Shown here: in pieces, positions 9,363-17,744 of the stretch
How the letters are laid out: each line of letters opens with the position of its first letter
Numbering within the stretch: the first letter of the stretch is position 1
Assembly: GCA_038220215.1 (NCBI GenBank)
Contig: JBBRIY010000001.1
Coordinates: 1 to 33,927, forward strand
Length of the DNA stretch: 33,927 bases
Reading direction: 5' to 3'
DNA from: Propionibacteriales bacterium
Lineage (GTDB): Bacteria > Actinomycetota > Actinomycetes > Propionibacteriales > Propionibacteriaceae
The notes under the pieces: model-generated
Database searches by the model: none
What the model was told of the DNA's origin: nothing
Seen by the model: only the letters and a program-made list of their open reading frames with translations
Program-made: the position numbers and the translations under genes

Positions 9363-11891
9363 TCACTCCTGGTGGAGGGCTGCCACCACGTCGAGGCGGG
9401 CGGCCGAACGGGCCGGGCCAATCGCAGCGAGTACGCCGAAGGTGATACCGACAACCACGGTTGCCAGCAGCCCCGACCACGGGAACTCGTAGGGCACCTG
9501 CCAGCCGACGGACCCGATGGCCGCAACCAGCGCGTAGCCGAGCCAGAGCCCCGCGATCGCGCCCAGGCCGGTGCCGATCACAGACAGCAGCAGGGATTCG
9601 GCCATCACCATCCGGCGCACCTGGCGTCGGGTGGCTCCGACCGCGCGCAGCATGCCGATCTCGCGGGTGCGGGCCAGCACACTGATCGCGAGGGTGTTCA
9701 TCAGGGCCAGCAGGGACGGCAGGGCGAGGGCTGCGATCAGCACGTCGAACACGATGATGGACTGGCTGAACGTCTGCATCTGCTCGGCCCGCCAGGCGGC
9801 CGACTCGTAGAGCCGGAAGGCAGGGTAGTCACCGACGATGCGTGCCAGACGCTGCTTGGTGGCCGCCGGGTCGGCCGACGGCGTCCGGTTGGCCATCAAC
9901 AGCAGGTCGGCGGTCACGGTGAAGTCGCGCTGCAGGTTGTCCTGGGACGCGTACAGGGTGGACAGCTTGGCGTTCAGGTAGTCGTTCCCGATGCCCGCCA
10001 GATGGTACGTCCGGGGTCCGGTCGGCGTGTCCATCAGCACTGCCTGGCCCACCACGAGGTTGTGCTGGGCAGCGTAGATGCCATTGGCGATCAGCCATCG
10101 GCCCGTGCGCAGCTGGTCGAGTGCCGCGTCGGAGGAGCCGGCGTTCCAGTCGAAGGCGGCCACCTTCAGGTAATTCTCCGGGTCGACGCCGATGACCTGG
10201 ACGTCGGCGCCATCGACCCTTGCCTGGGTGATCCGCAAGGTCGACACGGCCGCGATCCCGGGGGTGGCGCGCACCTGGTCGGCCAGTCGGGGTCCGGCGG
10301 CGACGTTGCCCTGGCTGAGGATGATCGACTGCGGCATCAGCAGGTAATCGGCCGACAGCGACTTGTCCAGGTAGCTGGTGAAGCCGGCAAAGATGGAGGT
10401 GACCATGGTGATCATGGCCACGATGGATGCCAGGCCGAGCATCACCGCTGTAACCGTCACGGCGCTGCGTCCGGGGTTGCGCTGCAGGTTGCTGCGAGCG
10501 AGCGCGCCCTCGCGGGAGAAGGCCAGCTCAATGGGACGCGCGCCCCAATCGGAGAGCGGGTTCACCACCGCAGGCGCGATGAGGGCAATTCCCACCAGGA
10601 ACACCACGGAGCCCAGCCCCACGAGCATCGCCGAGCCGGTGGCGAGGCCGAACAGCGACGCCACGATCAGGCCGACTCCGACCCACGCCCGGTTACCGAT
10701 GCGACGTTCGTAGACCTCGCCGAGCTGGGGACGCATGGCTTCCATCGGGGTGACCCGACCGGCGGCGCGAGCCGGCACGATGGCCGCGACCACGGTCACG
10801 CCGACCCCGAGCAGGATCGAGGTCACCCAGGTGGAGAGGGTGAAGATTGGCCCACCGACCCTGAAGTGCATGACCGACTCGAAGATCGGGCCCATCGCAG
10901 CGAACAGCCCGGCGGCGAGCGCCCAGCCGGCGGCCAGGCCAAGAGCCGTGCCGAGCAGGCCCTGGAACAGCGACTCGACCAGGAACATCCCCATCACGGT
11001 GCGCCGGCGGGTGCCGATGGCCCGCAGCATGCCGATGTCCCGACGCCGCTCCGCGACAACCGTTCGGAAGCTGTTCAGGATGATGAAACCGGCAGTGGCA
11101 AGGGCGAAGATGCCGAACATGTTGAAGGCGAAGGTGCCCACCTGCAGCGAGGCGATGAGCGTGGACTCCGTCGACAGCCCGCCCACCTGGTAGTCCGGTC
11201 CGAGCGCTGCCGAAACGGCCAGCTCGGCGGCATCGCGATCGGCGCCCGGTGTCAGGACCGCCTCGACCTGGGTGATCCGGGTGCCGAGCCCGAACAGCTG
11301 CTGCGCGGCGGGCAGGCTCACGTACACCAGCTCCTGGCCGGGCAACGTCGTCGTGTCCAGGAGGCCGATCACGCGGAATCTGGCCGTGCCACCGGCGGCA
11401 GGCAGCACGAGTTGGTCGCCGACAGCCAGCCCAAGCTCAGCGCCGAGGTCTGAGTTCAGCACGACGGCGCTGTTGTCCCCCGGCGACAGCATCCGGCCAT
11501 GGCTCAGCGGGAAGTCGCGGACCGCATCCACAGTGGGCAGGTCGATCCCGACCACCACCAGCTGGGCAAGGGCGTCCGGCGCCGCGTCGGCGCTCCGGGG
11601 TAGCGGTGCGGTGCGCTGGACACCCGGACTGGCCGCCGCGACCTGCGGCACCCGGAGCAGCTTGTCGACAACGTCCGGCCGGAACGGCTGGTTGTAGGCG
11701 CTGGTGACCGTGAGGTCGACCTTGCCGGCAGCTGCCAGCAGGTTGTGCGTGAACGCTTCCATCATGGCCGGAAGGATCCCGTTCAACCCGAACGTGAGCA
11801 TCACCCCGAAGACCACGGCGAGGGTGGTGAGCATGGAGCGCGCGCCACGCCCGCGCAGGTAGCGCCACGCAAGGGTGAAGGTGAGTTTCAC
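9363..11891 (-). CDS. FtsX/MacB-like ABC transporter permease (duplicated domain)
   Basis: Two copies of the FtsX motif (V.ERRRDIGMLRAIG and VLARTREIGMLRAVGA) with large extracellular domains. Confidence 0.95.
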   Translation of the reverse strand: MKLTFTLAWRYLRGRGARSMLTTLAVVFGVMLTFGLNGILPAMMEAFTHNLLAAAGKVDLTVTSAYNQPFRPDVVDKLLRVPQVAAASPGVQRTAPLPRSADAAPDALAQLVVVGIDLPTVDAVRDFPLSHGRMLSPGDNSAVVLNSDLGAELGLAVGDQLVLPAAGGTARFRVIGLLDTTTLPGQELVYVSLPAAQQLFGLGTRITQVEAVLTPGADRDAAELAVSAALGPDYQVGGLSTESTLIASLQVGTFAFNMFGIFALATAGFIILNSFRTVVAERRRDIGMLRAIGTRRRTVMGMFLVESLFQGLLGTALGLAAGWALAAGLFAAMGPIFESVMHFRVGGPIFTLSTWVTSILLGVGVTVVAAIVPARAAGRVTPMEAMRPQLGEVYERRIGNRAWVGVGLIVASLFGLATGSAMLVGLGSVVFLVGIALIAPAVVNPLSDWGARPIELAFSREGALARSNLQRNPGRSAVTVTAVMLGLASIVAMITMVTSIFAGFTSYLDKSLSADYLLMPQSIILSQGNVAAGPRLADQVRATPGIAAVSTLRITQARVDGADVQVIGVDPENYLKVAAFDWNAGSSDAALDQLRTGRWLIANGIYAAQHNLVVGQAVLMDTPTGPRTYHLAGIGNDYLNAKLSTLYASQDNLQRDFTVTADLLLMANRTPSADPAATKQRLARIVGDYPAFRLYESAAWRAEQMQTFSQSIIVFDVLIAALALPSLLALMNTLAISVLARTREIGMLRAVGATRRQVRRMVMAESLLLSVIGTGLGAIAGLWLGYALVAAIGSVGWQVPYEFPWSGLLATVVVGITFGVLAAIGPARSAARLDVVAALHQE

Positions 11892-12631
11892 AGCAGGCCG
11901 GCCTTCTCCAGGGCAAGCCTCGGCCCTTCATGGCTGCCGTCCAGCATCAGGTCGTCGACGATCCGGCCGTCCTGCATGAGCACGAGGCGCTGCGCGAAGC
12001 TCGCGATCCGAGGGTCGTGGGTGACCATCAGCACGCTGCGGCCCCAGTCGGTGCTGACCTGGCGCAGCAACCCGCCGATCTCGCCGGCCGACTTCGAGTC
12101 GAGGTTGCCGGTCGGCTCGTCCGCGAGCACGAGGGCGGGTTCCGTGGACAGCGCGCGGGCGATCGCGACCCGCTGTTGCTGGCCGCCGGAGAGCTGGTCG
12201 GGCCGGTTGTTCAGCCGGTCGCCGAGGCCGACGCGTTCCAGCCACGCGGTGGCGCGGGCATTCGCTTCGGAGTCCCCGTCCAGACGCAGCGGGAGGGAGG
12301 CGTTCTCGACGGCGTTCAGCACCGGGATCAGGTTGAAGAACTGGAAGACGAAGCCGATCCGGCGCCGGCGTAGTTCGGTCAGGCGGTCATCGGGCATGTC
12401 GCCCAGGGGTGTGCCGTCGATGCTGATCGTCCCCGCGGTCGGGGTGTCCAGCCCGCCCAGCAGGTTCAGCAGCGTCGACTTTCCGCAGCCCGACGGCCCC
12501 ATCACGGTGACGAACTGGCCTTCCGGCACGACGAGGTCGACGGCGTCCAGGGCCCGCACCTCGGCGGCGCCGCTCCCGTAGACCTTGGTCAGCCCCGCGA
12601 TCTCGACGATCGAGGCCGTTGTCGTTGTCAT
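11888..12631 (-). CDS. ABC transporter ATP-binding protein (LolD/MacB type)
   Basis: Walker A GPSGCGKST, LSGGQQQRV, LADEPTGNLD, VTHD. Confidence 0.97.
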   Translation of the reverse strand: MTTTTASIVEIAGLTKVYGSGAAEVRALDAVDLVVPEGQFVTVMGPSGCGKSTLLNLLGGLDTPTAGTISIDGTPLGDMPDDRLTELRRRRIGFVFQFFNLIPVLNAVENASLPLRLDGDSEANARATAWLERVGLGDRLNNRPDQLSGGQQQRVAIARALSTEPALVLADEPTGNLDSKSAGEIGGLLRQVSTDWGRSVLMVTHDPRIASFAQRLVLMQDGRIVDDLMLDGSHEGPRLALEKAGLL

Positions 12632-12638
12632 GGTCGGC

Positions 12639-13880
12639 TCACTTCGTGCGGACGCGTTGGCCGTCGGACAGTGCGGATGCCCCGGTGGTGACGACGGTGT
12701 CGCCCTCCGTCAGTCCGCTGAGGATCTCGGCCGAGCTATCGGTGGATGCCGCGACGGTCACCGTCCGGGCATGGACGACGTTGTCTGCGCCGAGCAGGAA
12801 CACCGACCTGGTCGCACCACTGGTGAGCACGGCCTCGACCGGGACGGCGAGCGCATCCGGGATGGTCTTGACCGCGATGTCCACAGAGCCGCTCATGCCC
12901 TGGAACAGCCGGGACTGCCCGGCCTCAAGGGACACCCGCACTCCGAAGGCGACGCTGCCGTTGCCGGTGGTCTCCGGGCTGGCCTGCACCCGGGTCACCT
13001 TTCCGGCGAAGCCGTCGCCGAAGGCGTCGAGGGTGACCGTCGCTGCCTGGTCCTTCGCGACGTCGGCGATGTCGGTCTCGTTGACGGCGGCCTCGAACTC
13101 CATGCGGGTCGGGTCGACGATGGTGAACGCCGCGACGCCGGGGGTGAGGCCCGAGCCTTTCTCCACCGTGCCGTGGACGGTCACGGTGCCGTCGAACGGT
13201 GCCGTCAGTTCGGCCTTGTCCAGGTAGCCCTCTGCCTGCTTCAGCGCCTGGCTGGCTGCGGTCACGGACTGGCTGGCGGCGGTGCGGGCCAGCGAGACCC
13301 GGGATGCCACCGACAGCCGGCTCAGGGCTGCCTGCGCGGCCTTGAGCGCGGCGGAAGCCTGCGTCCGGGCAGTCTTGAGGGTGCGCAACATCTGCCTTTC
13401 GGTGCTGTTCGAGGCGTCGTAGTTGGCGCGGAACGACTTGTAGTTCAGGTTGGCCGTCGACACCTGCGAGCGCGCCGCGGACAGCGCCGAGCTGGCAGCG
13501 GATCGGTCGATGGCGCTGGGCACGCCGTTGCTGACGGCCTCACCCTGTGCGCGGGCCGACGAGAGCGCTGCGCGGGCCTGGGCGACGGCTAACTTCAGCG
13601 GGCCGGTGGCCATCACGGCGAGGGTGTCGCCGGCCTTGACGGTGTCACCGTCGGCGACGAGGACCTTGGCCACCGTGCCGGAGGCCGGCGCGTACACCCC
13701 TGCGGAGTGCGCGGCAACGAGCGACCCGGAGGCGCTCACCGTGACGCTCAACGGGGCGACGGCCGCCTGGGCAACGCCGACCAGGGTTTGGTTGTTCGCG
13801 GCCGAGTAGGCGTAACCGCCGCCGAGGGCGAGCACGACTGCTGCGCCGATGCCGGTGGCGACGATGGTCTTGCGCTTCAT
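12639..13880 (-). CDS. Efflux adaptor / membrane fusion protein (MacA/HlyD family)
   Basis: N-terminal anchor MKRKTIV..., lipoyl half-motifs (V..GDTVKAGD, L.APFDGTV), coiled coil, GL.EGD.VV; start reassigned to ATG 13880 (TAATG overlap with the TetR stop). Confidence 0.92.
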   Translation of the reverse strand: MKRKTIVATGIGAAVVLALGGGYAYSAANNQTLVGVAQAAVAPLSVTVSASGSLVAAHSAGVYAPASGTVAKVLVADGDTVKAGDTLAVMATGPLKLAVAQARAALSSARAQGEAVSNGVPSAIDRSAASSALSAARSQVSTANLNYKSFRANYDASNSTERQMLRTLKTARTQASAALKAAQAALSRLSVASRVSLARTAASQSVTAASQALKQAEGYLDKAELTAPFDGTVTVHGTVEKGSGLTPGVAAFTIVDPTRMEFEAAVNETDIADVAKDQAATVTLDAFGDGFAGKVTRVQASPETTGNGSVAFGVRVSLEAGQSRLFQGMSGSVDIAVKTIPDALAVPVEAVLTSGATRSVFLLGADNVVHARTVTVAASTDSSAEILSGLTEGDTVVTTGASALSDGQRVRTK

Positions 13881-14593
13881 TACTGCTTCCTGTCGAGGGT
13901 GGCGTGGAGTTGCTTGAGGAGGTGGATGAATTCTGGTCCGCTTGGCATCGGGAAGGTGCCTTCCGGCAGTCCGAGGACGCGTTCCTGGGCCTGGAGAATG
14001 GAGACAGAGCCGTCGACCATCACCTGGACGAAGGCATCGGCGTTCGCCGCCCGCGTGGCGCGCGTCCACAGCTGGTCAGCGGCGTCCAGCCAGAGCAGCA
14101 GCATGATGTCGGTGGCGCCCTCCGCAGAGGCGACGTGGATGGAGCCGTCGGCGACGCCGTCGGTGATGACGGGCAGGAGTACGAGTCTGGCCTGTTCGCG
14201 CCATTCCCCGAACAGGCGGTGCCGGAGCGCGTAGTTCTGGTTGGTGTAGAGGAACGCCGCCTGGGACGCGTCCGTGTTCCGGGTCTTGTAGCTGGCAGCC
14301 GCGTCCATGATCGCGTGCAGCCGCTCCGCCGCCGAGCCCCGCGCCCGGGTCGACGCCGCGGTCAGCTGGGCGAAGAGGGACGCGCCGAACCTGCGCACCA
14401 GCTGCGTCTGGAGGTCGGCCTTGGAGTGGAAGTTGTGGTAGAACGTGCCCTTCGCCACCCCGGCCGCCTGCGTGACCTGTTCGACGCTCATCGCCTCCCA
14501 GCCCTGGGTGCGACACAGCTCGAGCGCGAGGTCGAGCAGCTCCTCGCGCCTGACTTCCGGCGCCTTGGTGACCCTCGTTGCTGCACGAGCCAT
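13880..14593 (-). CDS. TetR/AcrR family transcriptional regulator
   Basis: HTH SVEQVTQAAGVAKGTFYHNFHSKADL. Confidence 0.95.
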   Translation of the reverse strand: MARAATRVTKAPEVRREELLDLALELCRTQGWEAMSVEQVTQAAGVAKGTFYHNFHSKADLQTQLVRRFGASLFAQLTAASTRARGSAAERLHAIMDAAASYKTRNTDASQAAFLYTNQNYALRHRLFGEWREQARLVLLPVITDGVADGSIHVASAEGATDIMLLLWLDAADQLWTRATRAANADAFVQVMVDGSVSILQAQERVLGLPEGTFPMPSGPEFIHLLKQLHATLDRKQ

Positions 14594-14619
14594 GCGTGCT
14601 CCGTTCCGGTTCTTCGATC

Positions 14620-14643
14620 ACTGACCGACCGTCGGTCAGTCTA
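14620..14643 (-). promoter_or_regulatory. Putative TetR operator overlapping the -10 element
   Basis: Perfect inverted repeat ACTGACCGAC-C-GTCGGTCAGT (14620-14640) overlapping minus-strand TAGACT (14643-14638). Confidence 0.8.
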
Positions 14644-14682
14644 GCCGTCATGGAGGGTGATGGCGAGGGGACGTGGCGAAGC

Positions 14683-15333
14683 TCAGATGCCGAGGAAGGC
14701 AACGAGGTCGGGGGCAGGGCGGCTCGCACCGGACGCCTCTGCCGACCAGCCGGGGAACTGGCCGAACCAGCCCAGCAGGCTGGTCGCGATCGGTTGGTTC
14801 GTCGGCTCGAGCCGCGGCAGTCCTTCGCGCCAGGCGGCGGCCATGGCGGTCACGTGGTCGGCATGGGCGAAGCCGGCGGCGAGCCCCGGCGGCGGCAGCA
14901 TGGAGATGCCCAGGTCGGCACGCAGCAGCTGCCGCAGGCCATAGCGAGAAGCGACGGCTGCCCGCGAGAGGTCGAAGTCGAACTCGTTCAGTGCGGACTC
15001 GCTGATCGACTGGCTGGTCGACCCCCACGCCATCGCTTCGACGAACGCCTCGAACAGCGCCCAGGACGCCGACAGCCGGTGGGGTGGGACGTAGCGTCCG
15101 GCGAGAAGGGTGTCGACATCACTGCCGCTCGGCACGCCGGGACGCAGCACCGGCGCATCGGGAGCCTTCCGGAACACGGGTCCGAGTTTGGCGAGCAGGC
15201 CGGGGGCGGTTGCCGGGGTGGCCGGGAACCGGTGCGCTGCGATGGCCCGGAGGGCCGTTGCGGTCGACTCCGGGGCGCCGAAGATTTCGCGGACCTCGTC
15301 GATCGCGATGGCGTAGAGCCTCAGTGAGCCCAT
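14683..15333 (-). CDS. Hypothetical protein
   Basis: 216-aa ORF with globular, protein-like composition; -10 TAGCGT 6 nt before ATG. Confidence 0.8.
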   Translation of the reverse strand: MGSLRLYAIAIDEVREIFGAPESTATALRAIAAHRFPATPATAPGLLAKLGPVFRKAPDAPVLRPGVPSGSDVDTLLAGRYVPPHRLSASWALFEAFVEAMAWGSTSQSISESALNEFDFDLSRAAVASRYGLRQLLRADLGISMLPPPGLAAGFAHADHVTAMAAAWREGLPRLEPTNQPIATSLLGWFGQFPGWSAEASGASRPAPDLVAFLGI

Positions 15334-15370
15334 GGCCCAACGCTAACCGGCACGGCATAGGTTTGGGGCC

Positions 15371-15466
15371 GTGAACCCCAGATCCCGTCGGATGATCGTC
15401 ACAGGCGCGCTCCTGCTGCTGCTCGTGCTGGTGATGGTGGGCGTGGTGATCGGTCAGGGACGATAG
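15371..15466 (+). CDS. 31-aa single-helix membrane microprotein (MNPRSRRMIVTGALLLLLVLVMVGVVIGQGR)
   Basis: Read directly from the sequence (below ORF-track cutoff); TAGGTT 7 nt before GTG; basic N-terminus plus ~20-aa hydrophobic helix. Confidence 0.65.
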   Translation: MNPRSRRMIVTGALLLLLVLVMVGVVIGQGR

Positions 15467-15476
15467 GCTCCGCCCC

Positions 15477-15746
15477 ATGATTGTGGGCGTTCGTCGTGCG
15501 CTGGCCGGTCTCGCAGCCGGCATCGTGGTCTCACTCGGCGTCTTCCCTGTCCTTCCGGCCTACGCCGACACCCCGACGCCGACTCCGACACCCGTCGCTG
15601 CGAGCGCAACGCCGTCGGCGTCCACCGGCCCCGATGTCGACGCTTCCGACGTCGCACCGGACAATTCGCGGCAGGCCTGGGCACTCGGCGGAGCCGGTGC
15701 GGTCGCACTGGTCGCCGCTGCGGTTGTCTTCCTTCGCAAGCGCTGA
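15477..15746 (+). CDS. Small exported, C-terminally anchored Pro/Thr-rich protein
   Basis: Signal peptide ending AYA-D, TPTPTPTP linker, C-terminal TM helix plus RKR tail; TAGGCT 7 nt before ATG. Confidence 0.75.
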   Translation: MIVGVRRALAGLAAGIVVSLGVFPVLPAYADTPTPTPTPVAASATPSASTGPDVDASDVAPDNSRQAWALGGAGAVALVAAAVVFLRKR

Positions 15747-15750
15747 CGCC

Positions 15751-16401
15751 TCACGCGAGCTGATTGAGCTCGACGACCACCTTCCGGAACAACTCACCGA
15801 AGCCCGCCAGCACCCCGGCATTGGGATCAGGGACGCCGAACACCGCCGTGCCATGGCGCAGCCGCTGATTGGCCAGCGGGGCGAGGTCGGGGTGCGCCAG
15901 CACCGCTGCGACGGCAGCCCGGTCCCCGCCCAGCACGAGTGCCTCGAGGGTCGAAACGGCCGGCAACAGGATCTCGGCGACATCATCGGCAGCAGCGTCG
16001 AACGACTTCCCGGCCTGGTTGGCGCGGCGTCGGGCGTACCGTTGCTGGGACCATCCGCCGGCCTTGGTTCGGCCCTGCACGTAGTGGTGGCCGTGCCGAC
16101 CGGCGATCAGGCGGGAGCCCTCGAAGATCCCGACGGCATGGGCCTGGCGGCGGGCGATCACCGCGCCGACCCTGCGGTCACGGGTGGACTCCGCTACGAG
16201 CGCCGCCAGCGGGTCGCCGTCGGGCAGCGGGCCCCAGGCCAGCGGGAAGTCTGCCTGCGCACCGTCCGGGGCGTGGAGCGTCAGGCGGTCCGGCGTCAGG
16301 TCGACACCAGGGGCGCCGTGGCGTTTGGCGAAGCCCGCCAGCCACCCGGCGAGACGTTCAGGCGCGACGCTTATGGTGCGCGTCCCCGGCTGCGGTGTCA
16401 T
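15751..16401 (-). CDS. acVLRF1 family (actinobacterial Vms1-like release factor) protein
   Basis: YVQGRTKAGGWSQQRYARRRANQ signature and LVLGGD motif. Confidence 0.88.
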   Translation of the reverse strand: MTPQPGTRTISVAPERLAGWLAGFAKRHGAPGVDLTPDRLTLHAPDGAQADFPLAWGPLPDGDPLAALVAESTRDRRVGAVIARRQAHAVGIFEGSRLIAGRHGHHYVQGRTKAGGWSQQRYARRRANQAGKSFDAAADDVAEILLPAVSTLEALVLGGDRAAVAAVLAHPDLAPLANQRLRHGTAVFGVPDPNAGVLAGFGELFRKVVVELNQLA

Positions 16402-16439
16402 GGCTATAGTCTGGCTTCCGGATCGCAGGGGAGGAGGGA

Positions 16440-17132
16440 ATGATGAGCGACCTCATCGACACCACCGAGATGTACCTGCGAACCATTTACGAACTCGGTG
16501 AGGAAGGCGTGCCGCCGCTGCGCGCCCGGATCGCCGAGCGGCTCAGGCAGAGCGGGCCCACCGTATCCCAGACCGTCGCCCGGATGGAGCGGGACGGACT
16601 GGTCTCGGTGCACCCCGACCGACACCTGGTGCTGAGCCCCAAGGGCGAGCAGCTGGCAGCGAGGGTGATGCGCCGCCATCGGCTGGCCGAGCGCCTGCTC
16701 ACCGACGTGATCGGCCTGGAGTGGCACCTCGTCCACGAGGAGGCGTGCCGCTGGGAGCACGTGATCTCCACCGACGTCGAGCGCCGCCTCGTCGCGATCC
16801 TCGACCACCCGGTGAGCTCGCCCTACGGCAACCCCATCCCTGCGCTGGAGGAACTCGGCGTCGACCCGGCGTCCGAGTCCTTCCTGTCCGGGACCGAGCA
16901 GCTCTCCCTGCGGCTGGCCGACGGCACCGAGCACGATGTGGTCGTGCTGCGCATGAGTGAGGCCGTCCAGAACGACCCCGACCTCCTCGCCGCAATCGAG
17001 AACGCCGGTGCGAAGCCGGGGTCACCGGTGCGCGCTGCAGCAGTGGGACGCAATCTCGTGCTCGGGTCCTGGGACCACGAGGTGACCCTGCCGGGTCACG
17101 TGGCTGAGCACCTCTTCGTCGCTCAGGCCTGA
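16440..17132 (+). CDS. ideR: DtxR/IdeR family metal-dependent repressor
   Basis: DLIDTTEMYLRTIYEL, LRARIAERL.QSGPTVSQTVARMERDG, HEEACRWEHV, SPYGNPIP. Confidence 0.93.
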   Translation: MMSDLIDTTEMYLRTIYELGEEGVPPLRARIAERLRQSGPTVSQTVARMERDGLVSVHPDRHLVLSPKGEQLAARVMRRHRLAERLLTDVIGLEWHLVHEEACRWEHVISTDVERRLVAILDHPVSSPYGNPIPALEELGVDPASESFLSGTEQLSLRLADGTEHDVVVLRMSEAVQNDPDLLAAIENAGAKPGSPVRAAAVGRNLVLGSWDHEVTLPGHVAEHLFVAQA

Positions 17133-17200
17133 CCGGCGGGCGGGGAATACCGGGCCGGGTGTCCGGCGTTCATCCCACGTACCCGATGGATAGGAAACCC

Positions 17201-17569
17201 ATGGCAACCACAGCGCTGACCGAGGCCGAATTCGGCCAGACCATCAGTGAGAACGGCATCGTCTTCGTCGACTTCTGGGCCGACTGGTGCCCGCCGTGCA
17301 AGATGTTCGGTCCCGTCTTCGAGGCAGCCTCGGAGACCCACCCCGACGCCGTCTTCGCGAAGATCGACACCGACGCGGAGCGCGAGCTCGCCGGCGGCCT
17401 CGGAATCAGTTCGATCCCGACCCTGATGGCGTTCCGCGACGGCTACCTCGTCTACCGCGAGGCCGGAGCCCTCAACAAGAGCCAGTTCGAGAAGCTCGTC
17501 CAGCAGGTCAAGGACCTCGACATGGACAAGCTCAAGGCCGACGCCGAGGCTGCCAAGGCAACCAGCTGA
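17201..17569 (+). CDS. Thioredoxin
   Basis: VDFWADWCPPC, cis-Pro SIPT; start ATG 17201 after an AGGA SD. Confidence 0.92.
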   Translation: MATTALTEAEFGQTISENGIVFVDFWADWCPPCKMFGPVFEAASETHPDAVFAKIDTDAERELAGGLGISSIPTLMAFRDGYLVYREAGALNKSQFEKLVQQVKDLDMDKLKADAEAAKATS

Positions 17570-17582
17570 AAAAGCTGAAGTA

Positions 17583-17627
17583 CGTGTCACCCATATGGGT
17601 GACACGGCCTCAAGGCCGACCTATACT
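17583..17627 (+). promoter_or_regulatory. Sigma-A-like promoter with overlapping perfect 24-bp palindrome
   Basis: GTGACA (17599-17604)-17 nt-TATACT (17622-17627); CGTGTCACCCATATGGGTGACACG (17583-17606) is self-complementary. Confidence 0.65.
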
Positions 17628-17631
17628 CGAA

Positions 17632-17711
17632 AGTGGTTCCTGCCCCATCCCCCCGGGCAGGAACCACTAATTTCTCACTGGCCGGTCCGGGTGGCGGCCC
17701 GGCCGGCCAGT
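17632..17711 (+). ncRNA. Candidate small RNA with C6 loop hairpin and terminal hairpin
   Basis: Perfect 14-bp stem AGTGGTTCCTGCCC/GGGCAGGAACCACT with loop CATCCCCCC starting just after the -10; second GC hairpin 17677-17711; no ORF. Confidence 0.55.
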
Positions 17712-17744
17712 TGAGCTGACGAATTCGGCGCACCCGCCCGAAGT

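Noticed and set aside
9072-11453. 793-aa plus-strand ORF and similar long antisense ORFs (e.g. 7291-8961, 23357-24619, 27815-29392)
   Set aside because: Shadow frames opposite well-supported genes, expected in high-GC DNA; no motifs.
13881-14069. N-terminal extension of the efflux adaptor ORF
   Set aside because: Overlaps TetR; ATG 13880 has an SD (AGGAAG) and directly precedes the membrane anchor.
16402-16439. IdeR/DtxR box autoregulating ideR
   Set aside because: No match to the TTAGGTTAGGCTAACCTAA-type consensus here, and none noticed elsewhere in the window.
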